Shown here: piece by piece, positions 29,322 to 39,649 of the stretch
Numbering within the stretch: position 1 is the stretch's first letter
Layout: each line of letters begins with the position of its first letter
Source of the DNA: a virus
Length of the DNA stretch: 64,000 bases
Virus record (IMG/VR): IMGVR_UViG_3300044960_000439
Direction: 5' to 3' (one strand)
Translations under genes and position numbers: made by a program
Notes under the pieces: model-generated
The model's database searches: none
What the model saw: only the letters and a program-made list of their open reading frames with translations
What the model was told of the DNA's origin: nothing

Positions 29322-32300
29322 ATGGCAGATTACCTACTCATCGGAGACGGTCTTGGAAGACTATATCTCGAATCCGATGATCCAACAAGTCCTTCTTTTC
29401 TGCTGCTAGACGTTGTTGGTGTATCTGCCTCAGATTCTACCACTACCACACCAGGGGATTATAGCTTTACCTGGCCAGACAGAGCACCTTACATCATAGT
29501 AAGATGTACTGGCGCAGGGGCTGGTTGCGTTAGAGTTTTTGATAATTCCGTTAATAACTATTTACTCGTTAGAGGTGGTGGGGGTGGTGGTTATTCTAGA
29601 GTTAAACTAACTAGACCAATAGAAAAAGATGTAGAGAAATTTCATGTAGGAAATAAAGGACTTGCAGAATCTAGTTCTAATACTGAATCTCAAGGAGAGG
29701 CATCCTGGTTTGGTAGATATAACAATAGCATTAAAATAATAGGGAATGGTGCTTATAGAGATCAAGGAGGAACAGGAGCTTGTACTTCTGTATCAGATGG
29801 TTCTACTATCTTAAGCTATTTTCTTGCTACCGGAGGTAATGGATGTACTGCAGATTATACTTACGATCCGAGCCTTGGGTTAATAATAAATAAATGTGGA
29901 TGCCCTGGTCATCCCGGATCAGATTCAGGTGATGGAGCTGATGGTAATTGCGGGTACAACGATGTCAATAACCCTTGCGATGGAATCCCTCAGGATCCTG
30001 GTTCTGGAGGTGCCCGTTGTAGTTCCTTTAATGATGGAAAAGATGGTTCAGTAAGGATAATAGTAGAGGCACCAGGTAGCGTTGGGATTAAATTTACAGT
30101 ACAACCTACTGATACACCAGTAAATATAGTAATAGCTCCTCCTATAGAAGTATCTTCTTATTTTATTAACTACAATGTATTAGGAGGCAGTGAATCTCAA
30201 GTAACTATTAGCAAAGATTCAAGTTCTCCGGGAGGTACGTTATCTGGTACTCTAACTAAAAATGTTGTAGAAGATCATTTATTTGTTTTTGACGATATCA
30301 AGATAAATCAAGCTGGTACTGGGTATAAGCTTGTAGCTACTTCATACCCAAATAATTATCAGGATACCAGTAGCTCTTTTGATATATTTGTTAATTTAGT
30401 CAACTTAAACTCATCTTTCTTTAATACTCCTGACTACTCTCCTTCCATAGTAAATGCGATTGGATCTAACTTATCAGTTTTCACTGGGACTAGAACTAGT
30501 GAAAGTCGTAGTTCAGTATTGCCTAATTTAAAGACTGAAGACAGTACAGCAGGAACCAAGGCTTCTTCTGTAGAATTTAAAAATAATATCTATACTTCTA
30601 TTTCTTATTCAGAATCTACCCTAGCTTCTCTAAAAACTAATAACTACTTTAATTTAAATGACATTTGTACTGACACTGTTTCTTCTATAGTTAGCCCTAA
30701 AGTATCGCTAAGAACAGTAGATAGTACTACTAATCCTGTCTCATCTTTAGCAACAGCAAATAATTTACTATCTACAACTGATATCTCTGTTGAGTATCAG
30801 AATAATACTCTAACTACTTCTTCTCTATTAACTTCTACGGAAGTATCTACTAGATATTATGCTAATACTTTAGCTGCTTCTTCTTTCTTAACATGTAGTT
30901 ATTTTACAGCTAATTATGATGTAACTATTCCAGCAGCTAAATTATATTTACTTACTCAAGATAATAGTATTCATTACCACGGAGGAGAAGCTACTACACA
31001 AGTATTTATACAGGCTTTTTGGGATGACTTCTCACAGAATTTTATCAAATCAAATCTAGATAATAAATTAAGCCTGAACTTACCTGAAGACTCTATATAT
31101 AGAAGTACATATAAATTAGCTTTCATAAGTAATATAGATATAGATTCCCAAGTTAATAGTTTTGAATCTGCTTTCCTTGGGTCAAAAACAACTACGAGCA
31201 GTAATGAAATAAATAATTACTTTGATTCGAATTCGTTGGGATTCAAATCCACTTTTGAATTAAAGCTATATAATGCCGATTATCATCAAGCGCTACTTTC
31301 TGCTAGATCTGCAATAAATAGTTATACACTTAATTATGAATATGGTTCTGCTTTCTTAAGTCTCTTTCTAGAGACAGCTTCTGATATTAGAGATAATAGT
31401 GCTTTCTATGAAGCTGCTACACTAACAAATAAATTATATCTAAATACAATTACAGTCGAAACGGAATCAGATAGTTTACTTCTGGGAGGAAAATTATATC
31501 TATCTGTACAAGATAGTATTTCTACTTATAGTCAGCATATTCCATCTGTAATCAATTATATCTATGTAAATGATTATCAAATTGAATATTCAAGTCTTTT
31601 TTCTGTTATAACTTTATTATTAGAAACTAACTTTCTAAACAAAGACTTCTCTACAAATCTTGTTTCTTTCTATTCAGTAATTAATTCTATACATAGAGTA
31701 TCTCAATATATAAAATCTGCTATCTCTTCTTCACTTATCCTTAATACAAATGAAAATAGTCCCAGATTTGCTAGTAGCAAACTAATAATATTAGCTACTG
31801 CTTTCTTAAATGACTCAGTTACTATCTCTGATAGTTTCCATTCTGGTATTTACCTTCTTTGTATATCTTCATTTGTTAATGAGACTAGTGAAAGAAATAA
31901 TGGTTATTTATCTCAATCTATATCTAGCTCTTACCAAGAAGCCACAGACTTAGCTTCTGCTTTATCTATAAGTTTATCTACTGAAGCGGCATCTGTAGAT
32001 AGTTTCTCTACAGGCTATCTAGCTAGCCAATTATCTTTCAAAACATACTTAACGTCTGAAGATACTGATATCAGTACTGAGACGAATAAATTATCTACAT
32101 TATCTTATATTAATCTCATTTTAGTTAATACTGAATCTTCACTGCACTTCTTATTAATACAAGGAGAATTAATAACATGGTCTACAGATCATCAGACAAA
32201 TTATGAATCATCAACTTTAGATAATATCATGTCTCTATTCACAGAAGAGACTCAAACTACTGCAGAACTTCCTGATGCAGTAGTAGCTCTTTCACTGAAT

Positions 32301-34238
32301 GCTGATTTCTCTAAGTCTTCTTTCCATGAAGCTCCAGATCCTGTTTGTGGAGTAATTGCTTATTCTGATTTCACTCCAACTAATATATCTGCACAGTTTG
32401 TACTATTAGCCTTTGATTATTCAATGGCTATAGACTTCTTGCTGATAGAAGACGGCAAGAGCAGATTGAAGATTGGTTCCGGTGAATTAGATGATTTAGG
32501 GTATTTAAGCCTAGATCCTTATATGTTCTCTGATGGTGATTATATTCAATTAGGTCCATCCTCTTGGTTATATACCATTCCTGACAGATTACCTTACATT
32601 ACTGCAGAAGTTCTAGGAGGTGGTGCTGGTGCTACATCCAAGTCTGGTTATTTCTTACTCTCTGTAGGAGGTGGAGGTGGTGGTTATGCTAGATCTATTT
32701 TAACCAGAGATATTGAATTTGATACTATATTTCTGAAAGCTGGCGGTAAAGGTCTTCCTGCAGAATTCTTTGGGGAAACCATAAGATTAGATTCTGAAGG
32801 TGAACCTTCTTATATAACTAAGCATCCAAACTCTACTGATTATTTCTTGTATGCCAGTGGAGGAAGAAATAGATTTGGAGGTTCTGGTTTTGTCACTAGA
32901 GGAACCAATGCTTTTGTTGCTTTAGGAGGCAACGGATGTGAAGGAGAGGTATTTTACGATTCTATCGTACTCTATGGCTGCGGTGGAAAAGCTGGATCTG
33001 CAGCTGGGGATGGGGAGGATGGAGAATGTGTAGATTCTAGTACTTTTTGCCCTACACCACAAGATTATGGTAATGGTGGCAATGCCAATCCTTTCTGGCA
33101 GCAGCATGGTAATGACGGTTTCGTAAGAATTAGCTGGGATAATCCATATATATTCAGAAAGATTGCTTTCATTCAGCACCCTGGTACTTCTTATGCAACA
33201 GAAGCCATTAAACCGTATTCTGATATAGTTCTTGTCAATTCTTTCTATAATTATGAATATCCTCAGTCAATTGGTTTAGTTACAATTAGCATAGAACATG
33301 ATCCTAATGGAGGATTAGCTACTTTAAGCGGTACTCTAAGTAATACACCAAGAGAAGGATCATGGATATTTGAAGATCTATCTATAGATCTAAGTGGTAA
33401 AGGGTACAAATTAAGAGCAACAGCAGATCTTACTTATAACTTAATTAATTCTAATTACGATATTAGCGATCCTTTTGATATCCTAATCTTTGTAGATCTA
33501 GAATGTTCTTTCAGTTCAAATAACTATACCAATAGGAATTTTGTATCTGCGAGAACTCCAGTAGAAGCTAACTACTCTAGTAACAACTATACAGCACCAG
33601 AAGCCATAGTTGGAGTTATTGCTAATTCCTTAGATAATAGAATCTCTGTCGGTTATAATGTTATGAAAATATCATCTAGACTAAGAACAACAATTCAAAA
33701 TAATGAATTTATAAATAATGCTAAAATAGATTTCAAGACAGGATTATTTGTAACTGATAGTAGTACCAACCAAGAAGCTGAACGTATTTCTTCCTATTCT
33801 AATATTCCTACTGCTTATGATTCCAGTATTTCTACTACTTATGGTAAACTGACATTTAAAACAGGTCTTTTCCTCCCAGAAGTAAATTTAGAATTTGATA
33901 ATAGAATATTCTTAGGAACTAAGAGTGCTGCTTTTCTTCAAGAACAAGAGATATCTAGAGATTCTTTCAAACTAGATTTCACAGTACAGTTAGTCACTAG
34001 AGACTTTAATCCATTAGACTATCAGTCTCTAGATACTTTCTATGTAAGCATATCTCCTTATCCAGTAGAGACTTACGCTGCAGATTTATTAGATTTATTC
34101 TATGATGTAACAATTAATCTTGATACGCAATATGTTAATGTCAGTCCATTATCTATAGAATTCTTGGAAAGAAATAAAGATTTTATAGTTAGGTTCAATC
34201 TACGCCCGATCTTAGATATAAGATGGAGATTTATATAG
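29322..34238 (+). CDS. Large tail/receptor-binding-type virion protein, 1638 aa: two glycine-rich + Ig-like modules and Ser/Thr-rich stalks
   Basis: Module 1 aa 1-~360 (GGGGGGYSR, FTVQP). Module 2 from aa 1035 (MAIDFLLIEDG, GGGGGGYAR, FIQHP). S/T-rich spacers between. Confidence 0.75.
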   Translation: MADYLLIGDGLGRLYLESDDPTSPSFLLLDVVGVSASDSTTTTPGDYSFTWPDRAPYIIVRCTGAGAGCVRVFDNSVNNYLLVRGGGGGGYSRVKLTRPIEKDVEKFHVGNKGLAESSSNTESQGEASWFGRYNNSIKIIGNGAYRDQGGTGACTSVSDGSTILSYFLATGGNGCTADYTYDPSLGLIINKCGCPGHPGSDSGDGADGNCGYNDVNNPCDGIPQDPGSGGARCSSFNDGKDGSVRIIVEAPGSVGIKFTVQPTDTPVNIVIAPPIEVSSYFINYNVLGGSESQVTISKDSSSPGGTLSGTLTKNVVEDHLFVFDDIKINQAGTGYKLVATSYPNNYQDTSSSFDIFVNLVNLNSSFFNTPDYSPSIVNAIGSNLSVFTGTRTSESRSSVLPNLKTEDSTAGTKASSVEFKNNIYTSISYSESTLASLKTNNYFNLNDICTDTVSSIVSPKVSLRTVDSTTNPVSSLATANNLLSTTDISVEYQNNTLTTSSLLTSTEVSTRYYANTLAASSFLTCSYFTANYDVTIPAAKLYLLTQDNSIHYHGGEATTQVFIQAFWDDFSQNFIKSNLDNKLSLNLPEDSIYRSTYKLAFISNIDIDSQVNSFESAFLGSKTTTSSNEINNYFDSNSLGFKSTFELKLYNADYHQALLSARSAINSYTLNYEYGSAFLSLFLETASDIRDNSAFYEAATLTNKLYLNTITVETESDSLLLGGKLYLSVQDSISTYSQHIPSVINYIYVNDYQIEYSSLFSVITLLLETNFLNKDFSTNLVSFYSVINSIHRVSQYIKSAISSSLILNTNENSPRFASSKLIILATAFLNDSVTISDSFHSGIYLLCISSFVNETSERNNGYLSQSISSSYQEATDLASALSISLSTEAASVDSFSTGYLASQLSFKTYLTSEDTDISTETNKLSTLSYINLILVNTESSLHFLLIQGELITWSTDHQTNYESSTLDNIMSLFTEETQTTAELPDAVVALSLNADFSKSSFHEAPDPVCGVIAYSDFTPTNISAQFVLLAFDYSMAIDFLLIEDGKSRLKIGSGELDDLGYLSLDPYMFSDGDYIQLGPSSWLYTIPDRLPYITAEVLGGGAGATSKSGYFLLSVGGGGGGYARSILTRDIEFDTIFLKAGGKGLPAEFFGETIRLDSEGEPSYITKHPNSTDYFLYASGGRNRFGGSGFVTRGTNAFVALGGNGCEGEVFYDSIVLYGCGGKAGSAAGDGEDGECVDSSTFCPTPQDYGNGGNANPFWQQHGNDGFVRISWDNPYIFRKIAFIQHPGTSYATEAIKPYSDIVLVNSFYNYEYPQSIGLVTISIEHDPNGGLATLSGTLSNTPREGSWIFEDLSIDLSGKGYKLRATADLTYNLINSNYDISDPFDILIFVDLECSFSSNNYTNRNFVSARTPVEANYSSNNYTAPEAIVGVIANSLDNRISVGYNVMKISSRLRTTIQNNEFINNAKIDFKTGLFVTDSSTNQEAERISSYSNIPTAYDSSISTTYGKLTFKTGLFLPEVNLEFDNRIFLGTKSAAFLQEQEISRDSFKLDFTVQLVTRDFNPLDYQSLDTFYVSISPYPVETYAADLLDLFYDVTINLDTQYVNVSPLSIEFLERNKDFIVRFNLRPILDIRWRFI

Positions 34239-34330
34239 AATTAATATTGGCTAGATGTATACCATGAATTTAGACTGAAGGGATACCTAGAAGTAACTAA
34301 CATAAATTATGTTGTACCGGGGAATACTAA

Positions 34331-34600
34331 ATGCACAACGTTAAAGCATTCTTAGAAGGTTTGATAGTAAACGAAGTTTTAACTAAAACTGCCTCTTTTG
34401 AAAAACTTGCGTTTCCACCTGTATATGCTATACCTCAAGCTTTACAGACTGCAAACGCTTTACGGGCTGCGAAGGACTTATGGCAAAGGCGGAGAGCTTC
34501 ACAGAAACCACTAGCAATAGATATGGAAGGAAAACCTCCATCTAAAGATGGAGCAATCAAGATAATGAAAGAATGGCTACAGGAAAGACTGGCTAAATAA
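34331..34600 (+). CDS. Small protein with N-terminal KAFLEGLIVNEVLTKTASFEKLA leader
   Basis: N-terminal 27 aa nearly identical to 34831..35370. Confidence 0.7.
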   Translation: MHNVKAFLEGLIVNEVLTKTASFEKLAFPPVYAIPQALQTANALRAAKDLWQRRRASQKPLAIDMEGKPPSKDGAIKIMKEWLQERLAK

Positions 34601-34830
34601 GTAATAGAATCCAAAGAAACTTTATCTGGATGTACTTCAGTAGGTCTTATGAGAATGTTTAAAAATCTTGGAAAGAAATAAAGATTTTATAGTTGGATTC
34701 ACTCTCCGTCTGGTCTTAGCTGTAAAGCGGATACTTATATAGATTTGATATTGGCTAGACACACGCACTAGACTAAAAGAAATAGCTAGGAGTAATTAAC
34801 GTAAACTAATGCTGTATAGGAGAATACTAA

Positions 34831-35370
34831 ATGTATAATGCTAAAGCATTTTTGGAAGGTTTGATAGTAAATGAAGTTTTAACTAAAACTGCCTCTTTCG
34901 AAAAACTGGCACAACAACCTGGTATGTTTTCCCCAAATTGGGTTGAGGCTATTGGAGCTTTGCAGACACAAAGAGCCGCGCAAAGGGCAGCAGATGCTGC
35001 ACATAGAGAGGCATTTTCACAGCAGAGAAAGGAAATTAATGACTTACAAAAACAGAGAGAGGACTTAGGTCTTAATCCGCTATTACAAAGAATGCCTCCG
35101 GCGCAAAGAGCTATTATAGCTAGAAGAATTAGAGAGGGAAAATTACCTACAGAGGACGAGATAAGGACGTGGGCACAAAAGTATCCGGGACGACCGAAAA
35201 ACATAAGTCCCGCTGGTCCAGCATCTAAAGCGACTACACCAGGAATGGAAGCACCAGGAATTAAGCCCCCAGCTTCTCCACCGTATCCACCATACCCGCC
35301 GTATCCACCATACCCACCTTCTCCTTCACCACCAACTCCTCCAACGAGTGATAATAATATCAAAGCGTAA
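34831..35370 (+). CDS. Protein with the same leader and a Pro-rich (PPY)4 tail
   Basis: AGGAG SD; shared leader; PPYPPYPPYPPYPPSPSPPTPP. Confidence 0.7.
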   Translation: MYNAKAFLEGLIVNEVLTKTASFEKLAQQPGMFSPNWVEAIGALQTQRAAQRAADAAHREAFSQQRKEINDLQKQREDLGLNPLLQRMPPAQRAIIARRIREGKLPTEDEIRTWAQKYPGRPKNISPAGPASKATTPGMEAPGIKPPASPPYPPYPPYPPYPPSPSPPTPPTSDNNIKA

Positions 35371-35378
35371 CAGGATCT

Positions 35379-35894
35379 TTGCCAATGCTTTCTCTCATTG
35401 TTGCCAAATCTGAAAATGGTGTTATTGGATCTTCTTTAAAAGAAGGATTACTATGGAATCTCAAAGATGATCTCAAATTATTTAAAAAGCATACTTTAGG
35501 TAAATCTGTGATCATGGGTAGTACTACCTTTAAAACTCTTAAGACCAATCTACCGGGTAGAACATGCTATGTTCTAAGTAAAAGACCATTCAGAGTTCCT
35601 GTTCTTCATGAAAATCAATATGCTACCAATGATCTGGATTTTGCTATCACTAGCTCTCTAAAAGAGAATAAAGAGGCTGTAATTATTGGTGGTAGACAAG
35701 TCTATTCTCTTGCTCTAAGTAAATACAAAATAGATAAATTGTATATCACTACTGTCCAAGCTTACCTAGAAGGAGATATCCTTTTTCCTGAAATAGACCT
35801 AAATAACTATGCTCTAGTAGAAGAAAAGGCTTTCCTTAAAAATGAAAGGAACGAATTCCCTTTCATTTTCAGAGAGTACAAACTCAAAAATTGA
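35379..35894 (+). CDS. folA: Dihydrofolate reductase
   Basis: SLIVAKSENGVIG, LLWNLKDDLKLFKKHT, VIMGSTTF, LPGR..VLS, IIGGRQVY, LYITTV, EGDILFP. Confidence 0.92.
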   Translation: MPMLSLIVAKSENGVIGSSLKEGLLWNLKDDLKLFKKHTLGKSVIMGSTTFKTLKTNLPGRTCYVLSKRPFRVPVLHENQYATNDLDFAITSSLKENKEAVIIGGRQVYSLALSKYKIDKLYITTVQAYLEGDILFPEIDLNNYALVEEKAFLKNERNEFPFIFREYKLKN

Positions 35895-35936
35895 CGGCAT
35901 AATGAACTGAAGAGCTTCTATTTATTTGTGAATCGT

Positions 35937-36023
35937 GCTTGATCTGCTATTTGATCCTCCATATTTTGATCCACTGACTTTGGTCTATTCATTTGCGGTA
36001 TCTATTTGATCGTGTATTTGATA
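35937..36023 (+). repeat. Cluster of five (TA)TTTGAT(C/A)-type direct repeats in an intergenic region
   Basis: GCTTGATC 35937, TATTTGATC 35948, TATTTTGATC 35962, TATTTGATC 36003, TATTTGATA 36015. Confidence 0.6.
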
Positions 36024-36026
36024 TGA

Positions 36027-37148
36027 ATGCGTGTGGAAGTATCTATGATCGAGTATGCTACCAAGCCGTTGCGAGTGTATGATTATGCTTATCTAACCAA
36101 ATTTATTTACTTAAGACTAACCTTTGACTTTCTTCCTGATCTGGGAAAGCAACCTGCTATTAAGGAACAGTTAAAACCAAAAGCCAAGTTTGTAGATCTA
36201 ACTGACATTGAAACTCAGCATCTCCTTTCAAATCTACTGAAAATCTCTATGGACCTGCTTCAGCAAGCCTATGGCGTATCTGATGATAAGATCGCGCATT
36301 GCTACCAAACTTTGCTTACTGACCTACAGACAGATCTTTGTAATAAGCCTACCGAAGAGGCTGACAAATTACTCCAGGAATTAAAATCTAGGTTTCTGAC
36401 TGAAGAATGCCTAGATGAACAAGACTATAACTTTGTTCTAGGAAGTGCTTGTCTTAAGACGGTTACCATTGTAGCTGCCCCTTCTTGCTTTGATGAGGAG
36501 GCCTTAAAGGGTAAACCCTACAAAGTCATTGACCTAGAAGGGATGTTTGATAAAGCAATCAAGATTATCTCAATGGATGGATTAGATCCAAAAGATAGAT
36601 TCCCAGTATCTATAGATACGCAATGCTTTTTAGATACTGGATATATGAATAAAATTAAGAAACTAGCTAAAAAGCTTGGAAATGAGGAACTGAAATGTCT
36701 TAATGAGTTTAATCTAAATGAAGTTAATCTAGATGATGTTCCAGGAAAAGTTAGAACCACGTTAAATAGCTACGTAGAAAAGTATCGGTATTTATTCTGC
36801 AGTGACTTAGTTAATCCTAAAGCTATACTGCTCTGGGCTCTTAAGCAAAGGAGGTGGCTTAAAAAAGCATATAAAAGTGACAAAGCAAAATATCTCAGTG
36901 ATGAGTTGTTCCTCCTGTCAATGTTGATTGCTCAAACTGCTTATGCTGCAACTTCTAAACTAGGATCACTAGGGCAAGCTGCATCTTATTATCCAAAGAA
37001 ACTATTGAATCGTTCTATTGAAAAATTACTAAACGATAGGAGGAACGAGAAAGCTCTAGCTTCATCACCTATGTTCTATGCTCTGTACTTCACGGAGCAT
37101 AAACTGATGCCAGCGTTAGCTGAGTATCGAAAGAAGTACATCAAATAA
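36027..37148 (+). CDS. Hypothetical helical protein, 373 aa
   Basis: ORF track. Confidence 0.7.
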   Translation: MRVEVSMIEYATKPLRVYDYAYLTKFIYLRLTFDFLPDLGKQPAIKEQLKPKAKFVDLTDIETQHLLSNLLKISMDLLQQAYGVSDDKIAHCYQTLLTDLQTDLCNKPTEEADKLLQELKSRFLTEECLDEQDYNFVLGSACLKTVTIVAAPSCFDEEALKGKPYKVIDLEGMFDKAIKIISMDGLDPKDRFPVSIDTQCFLDTGYMNKIKKLAKKLGNEELKCLNEFNLNEVNLDDVPGKVRTTLNSYVEKYRYLFCSDLVNPKAILLWALKQRRWLKKAYKSDKAKYLSDELFLLSMLIAQTAYAATSKLGSLGQAASYYPKKLLNRSIEKLLNDRRNEKALASSPMFYALYFTEHKLMPALAEYRKKYIK

Positions 37149-37207
37149 TTGTTATTCTTAATCACTTATCTAAATCTGTATTTACTCTCCTACAGAAAGG
37201 AGTACAT

Positions 37208-37801
37208 ATGCGCTGTCTCAAGATTCCCCGGGAAGCACTGTCTATTCTCGCCACACATGAAATGTATTGTCTTATTAATGAGCTTAAAGACGTAATAAAA
37301 GAGATGGGTAGTTTTGAAATTGAGTTTATGGAGAAATACACCCCTTCTCAGACTGACTTGACGGACAAAAATCTAGCTCCGCTGGGTGTACTCAAACAGT
37401 TGCATGACGTTGAAGAAATCGCATTACGGAGCTTAGCAGCCTTGGGACTTTGTTGCTTCTATAATTATGAACAACTAGCTGGTTATAACTATTTGCCTGA
37501 AGCAATAATTGATGAAATTAGGGGAAAATCTTCAGAGATAACTACTGTAATTGTATTTCACCCATACGATGGCTTACTTGCTAGTTTGTTTGTTGTAATT
37601 ACTGCTATATTCAAGAATGCTAAAAATAATGGTTCAGCTATTACCAATGAAGATATTTCGAAAATGCTATTTAAAATACTTAAGAGTCTAAAGCAATTAG
37701 AGTACGACGTAGAAACGTTTGTTGCTATTAATTTGATTGTGCTTGGTGGTGGTACTTTAGAGAGTATCTCAATTTACAGCCAGCAGATGCAATGCAATTA
37801 A
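37208..37801 (+). CDS. Hypothetical protein, tandem duplicate A
   Basis: Paralogue of 37878..38453 (SLAALGLCC, ITAIFKNAKNNG, QQMQCN); shared CTCCTACAGAAAGGAGTA RBS. Confidence 0.8.
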   Translation: MRCLKIPREALSILATHEMYCLINELKDVIKEMGSFEIEFMEKYTPSQTDLTDKNLAPLGVLKQLHDVEEIALRSLAALGLCCFYNYEQLAGYNYLPEAIIDEIRGKSSEITTVIVFHPYDGLLASLFVVITAIFKNAKNNGSAITNEDISKMLFKILKSLKQLEYDVETFVAINLIVLGGGTLESISIYSQQMQCN

Positions 37802-37877
37802 CTCTTTCTGTTCTAATTTATTGCTCTGCTTTTTATTAACCCAGATTTGTAGTCTTCTCCTACAGAAAGGAGTATCT

Positions 37878-38453
37878 ATGTATCAGCTCAATATTCCCAA
37901 AATAGCGATACGTGCTATCATTAGGCCTGAAACGTACCATGTGCTTTACTCGAAAAGAGACGTAATACAAGAGATGCTCTCTTTTGGGTTTGAGTTTATT
38001 AAGAAATATAAACCTTCTGAAACTGATTTAATGCATAAAAATCTGGGTCCGCTGACTTTGTTCAAACAATTGAATGCTACGGAAGAAGAAGTATTAAAGA
38101 GCTTAGCAGCCCTGGGACTTTGCTGTCTAGATAACTACAAACAGTTTCAGGTTCCAATCCTTGATGCCCTTGAAGGAGAAGCATCAGAATTAATGACTGT
38201 AATCACATTTCCTCCCTACCAGGAGGCAATTATCCGCTCGTTTATTGCAATTACTGCTATATTCAAGAATGCTAAAAATAATGGCGTGGGTATTAGTAAC
38301 GAAGATATTTTTAAAATGTTATTGAAAATACTCAAGAACCTAAAAGAACTAGAGAACGATGTAGAAACGTTTGTTGCTATTAATTTGATTTTGCTCGGTG
38401 CTTTGATTATAGAGAGTGTCTCAATTTACAATCAACAGATGCAGTGCAACTAA
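37878..38453 (+). CDS. Hypothetical protein, tandem duplicate B
   Basis: AAAGGAG SD before ATG 37878, in frame with listed 37821. Confidence 0.8.
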   Translation: MYQLNIPKIAIRAIIRPETYHVLYSKRDVIQEMLSFGFEFIKKYKPSETDLMHKNLGPLTLFKQLNATEEEVLKSLAALGLCCLDNYKQFQVPILDALEGEASELMTVITFPPYQEAIIRSFIAITAIFKNAKNNGVGISNEDIFKMLLKILKNLKELENDVETFVAINLILLGALIIESVSIYNQQMQCN

Positions 38454-38557
38454 TTCCTTTTCTATTTTAATTGCCATTCTACTTTGTTGTTTCTATATTT
38501 GTCTTTCTAACTTACAGGATGAAAGGTAATCAACTCTTTCCCCCAAGGAGGAACAAG

Positions 38558-39649
38558 ATGGACCTAGTTCTACAAACGGCTGTGGAAATTCTCCGCTACA
38601 ATCAACTACTTGCGGAGATGGATTCTTCTAAAGGGAAGGTTCCGTTTCTTTGGCCGTGTTTTATTGGTGAGACTGGAACTGGCAAGACGGCCCGAGCCGA
38701 ACAATTGAGCAAAATCTTTAATATGCCACATCATAGTCTCTTATTGCAGACTATGGATCCAATTGAAATTGGCGGGGCTCCCCGAGCTAGGGGAGGTAAG
38801 CTTGTGTGGCATTTGGATTCCTGGACTGAGAAGCAAGGAATTATCTTCTTAGATGAATTGGATAAACCAGACAAAGATCATTACAGTGCTGTCCTTAGTA
38901 TGCTGACGGACAGAAGGATCCGTCATGTTAAATTGGAGAATGCACTATTTGTAGCGGCTATGCAACCAGTAGAAAGAGAGTTGTTCTTGTCTCACAAAAC
39001 GAGGCAAGCTCTCTCCGCTAGGTTGGTGTTCTTACCGGTGAATGAAGTAGATTCTTTCAATTATGTGTGCAATAAGCACTACAGAATTCCCATTAAATTG
39101 CAGGCTAGTGAATACGACCTCCCTGTTCTGGATAAGATTAGTCCGCGACAACTTGACTGGCTTCTGGGTTTCTATGATTACATGACTCCCAGTCCAGAAG
39201 TATTAAATCTAGTTGTTCGTGGAGTTGTTCATAGTAAACACGTTAAGACCATAATGAAATTGCTAGAAGCTAAGACTACAGGGCATGCACTTGAATTAGG
39301 TCCCATGCTTAGGGTTCTAGCAAAGAATCCGTCTCTAGTTGATAAAGCTGATTTTGCCACTATTTCTATGGTATTCACTAGGGGCGTTACTGAACCAGGG
39401 TGGACGCCTGAAGTTCTTGAAAAGATTATGCGTAGGGTATTGACGGAAGTAGAAATCCCTCAAATCCATGAAACGTTGAAACAAATGCTCACGACTATTG
39501 TGGATAGCAAAGCTGATGTTAATGAAGCAAGAAATATGTTTGAACCATTAACTTTTGAGCAGTGGACCGAGGTAATGAACAAAGTTGTTAACAGCTCTGT
39601 TGATTTCTACATGGAAAAGTATGGAGATAAAATAAATGAGAAGAAATGA
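38558..39649 (+). CDS. MoxR-like / AAA_5-type AAA+ ATPase (module 2)
   Basis: AAGGAGG SD before ATG 38558; Walker A GETGTGKT; Walker B IFLDEL; FVAAMQP; ALSARL; SPRQLDWL. Confidence 0.88.
   Translation: MDLVLQTAVEILRYNQLLAEMDSSKGKVPFLWPCFIGETGTGKTARAEQLSKIFNMPHHSLLLQTMDPIEIGGAPRARGGKLVWHLDSWTEKQGIIFLDELDKPDKDHYSAVLSMLTDRRIRHVKLENALFVAAMQPVERELFLSHKTRQALSARLVFLPVNEVDSFNYVCNKHYRIPIKLQASEYDLPVLDKISPRQLDWLLGFYDYMTPSPEVLNLVVRGVVHSKHVKTIMKLLEAKTTGHALELGPMLRVLAKNPSLVDKADFATISMVFTRGVTEPGWTPEVLEKIMRRVLTEVEIPQIHETLKQMLTTIVDSKADVNEARNMFEPLTFEQWTEVMNKVVNSSVDFYMEKYGDKINEKK

Noticed and set aside
34827-35363. 178-aa minus-strand Gly-rich ORF (GGYGGYGG)
   Set aside because: Reverse-frame image of the (PPY)n gene, which has the SD and the duplicated leader
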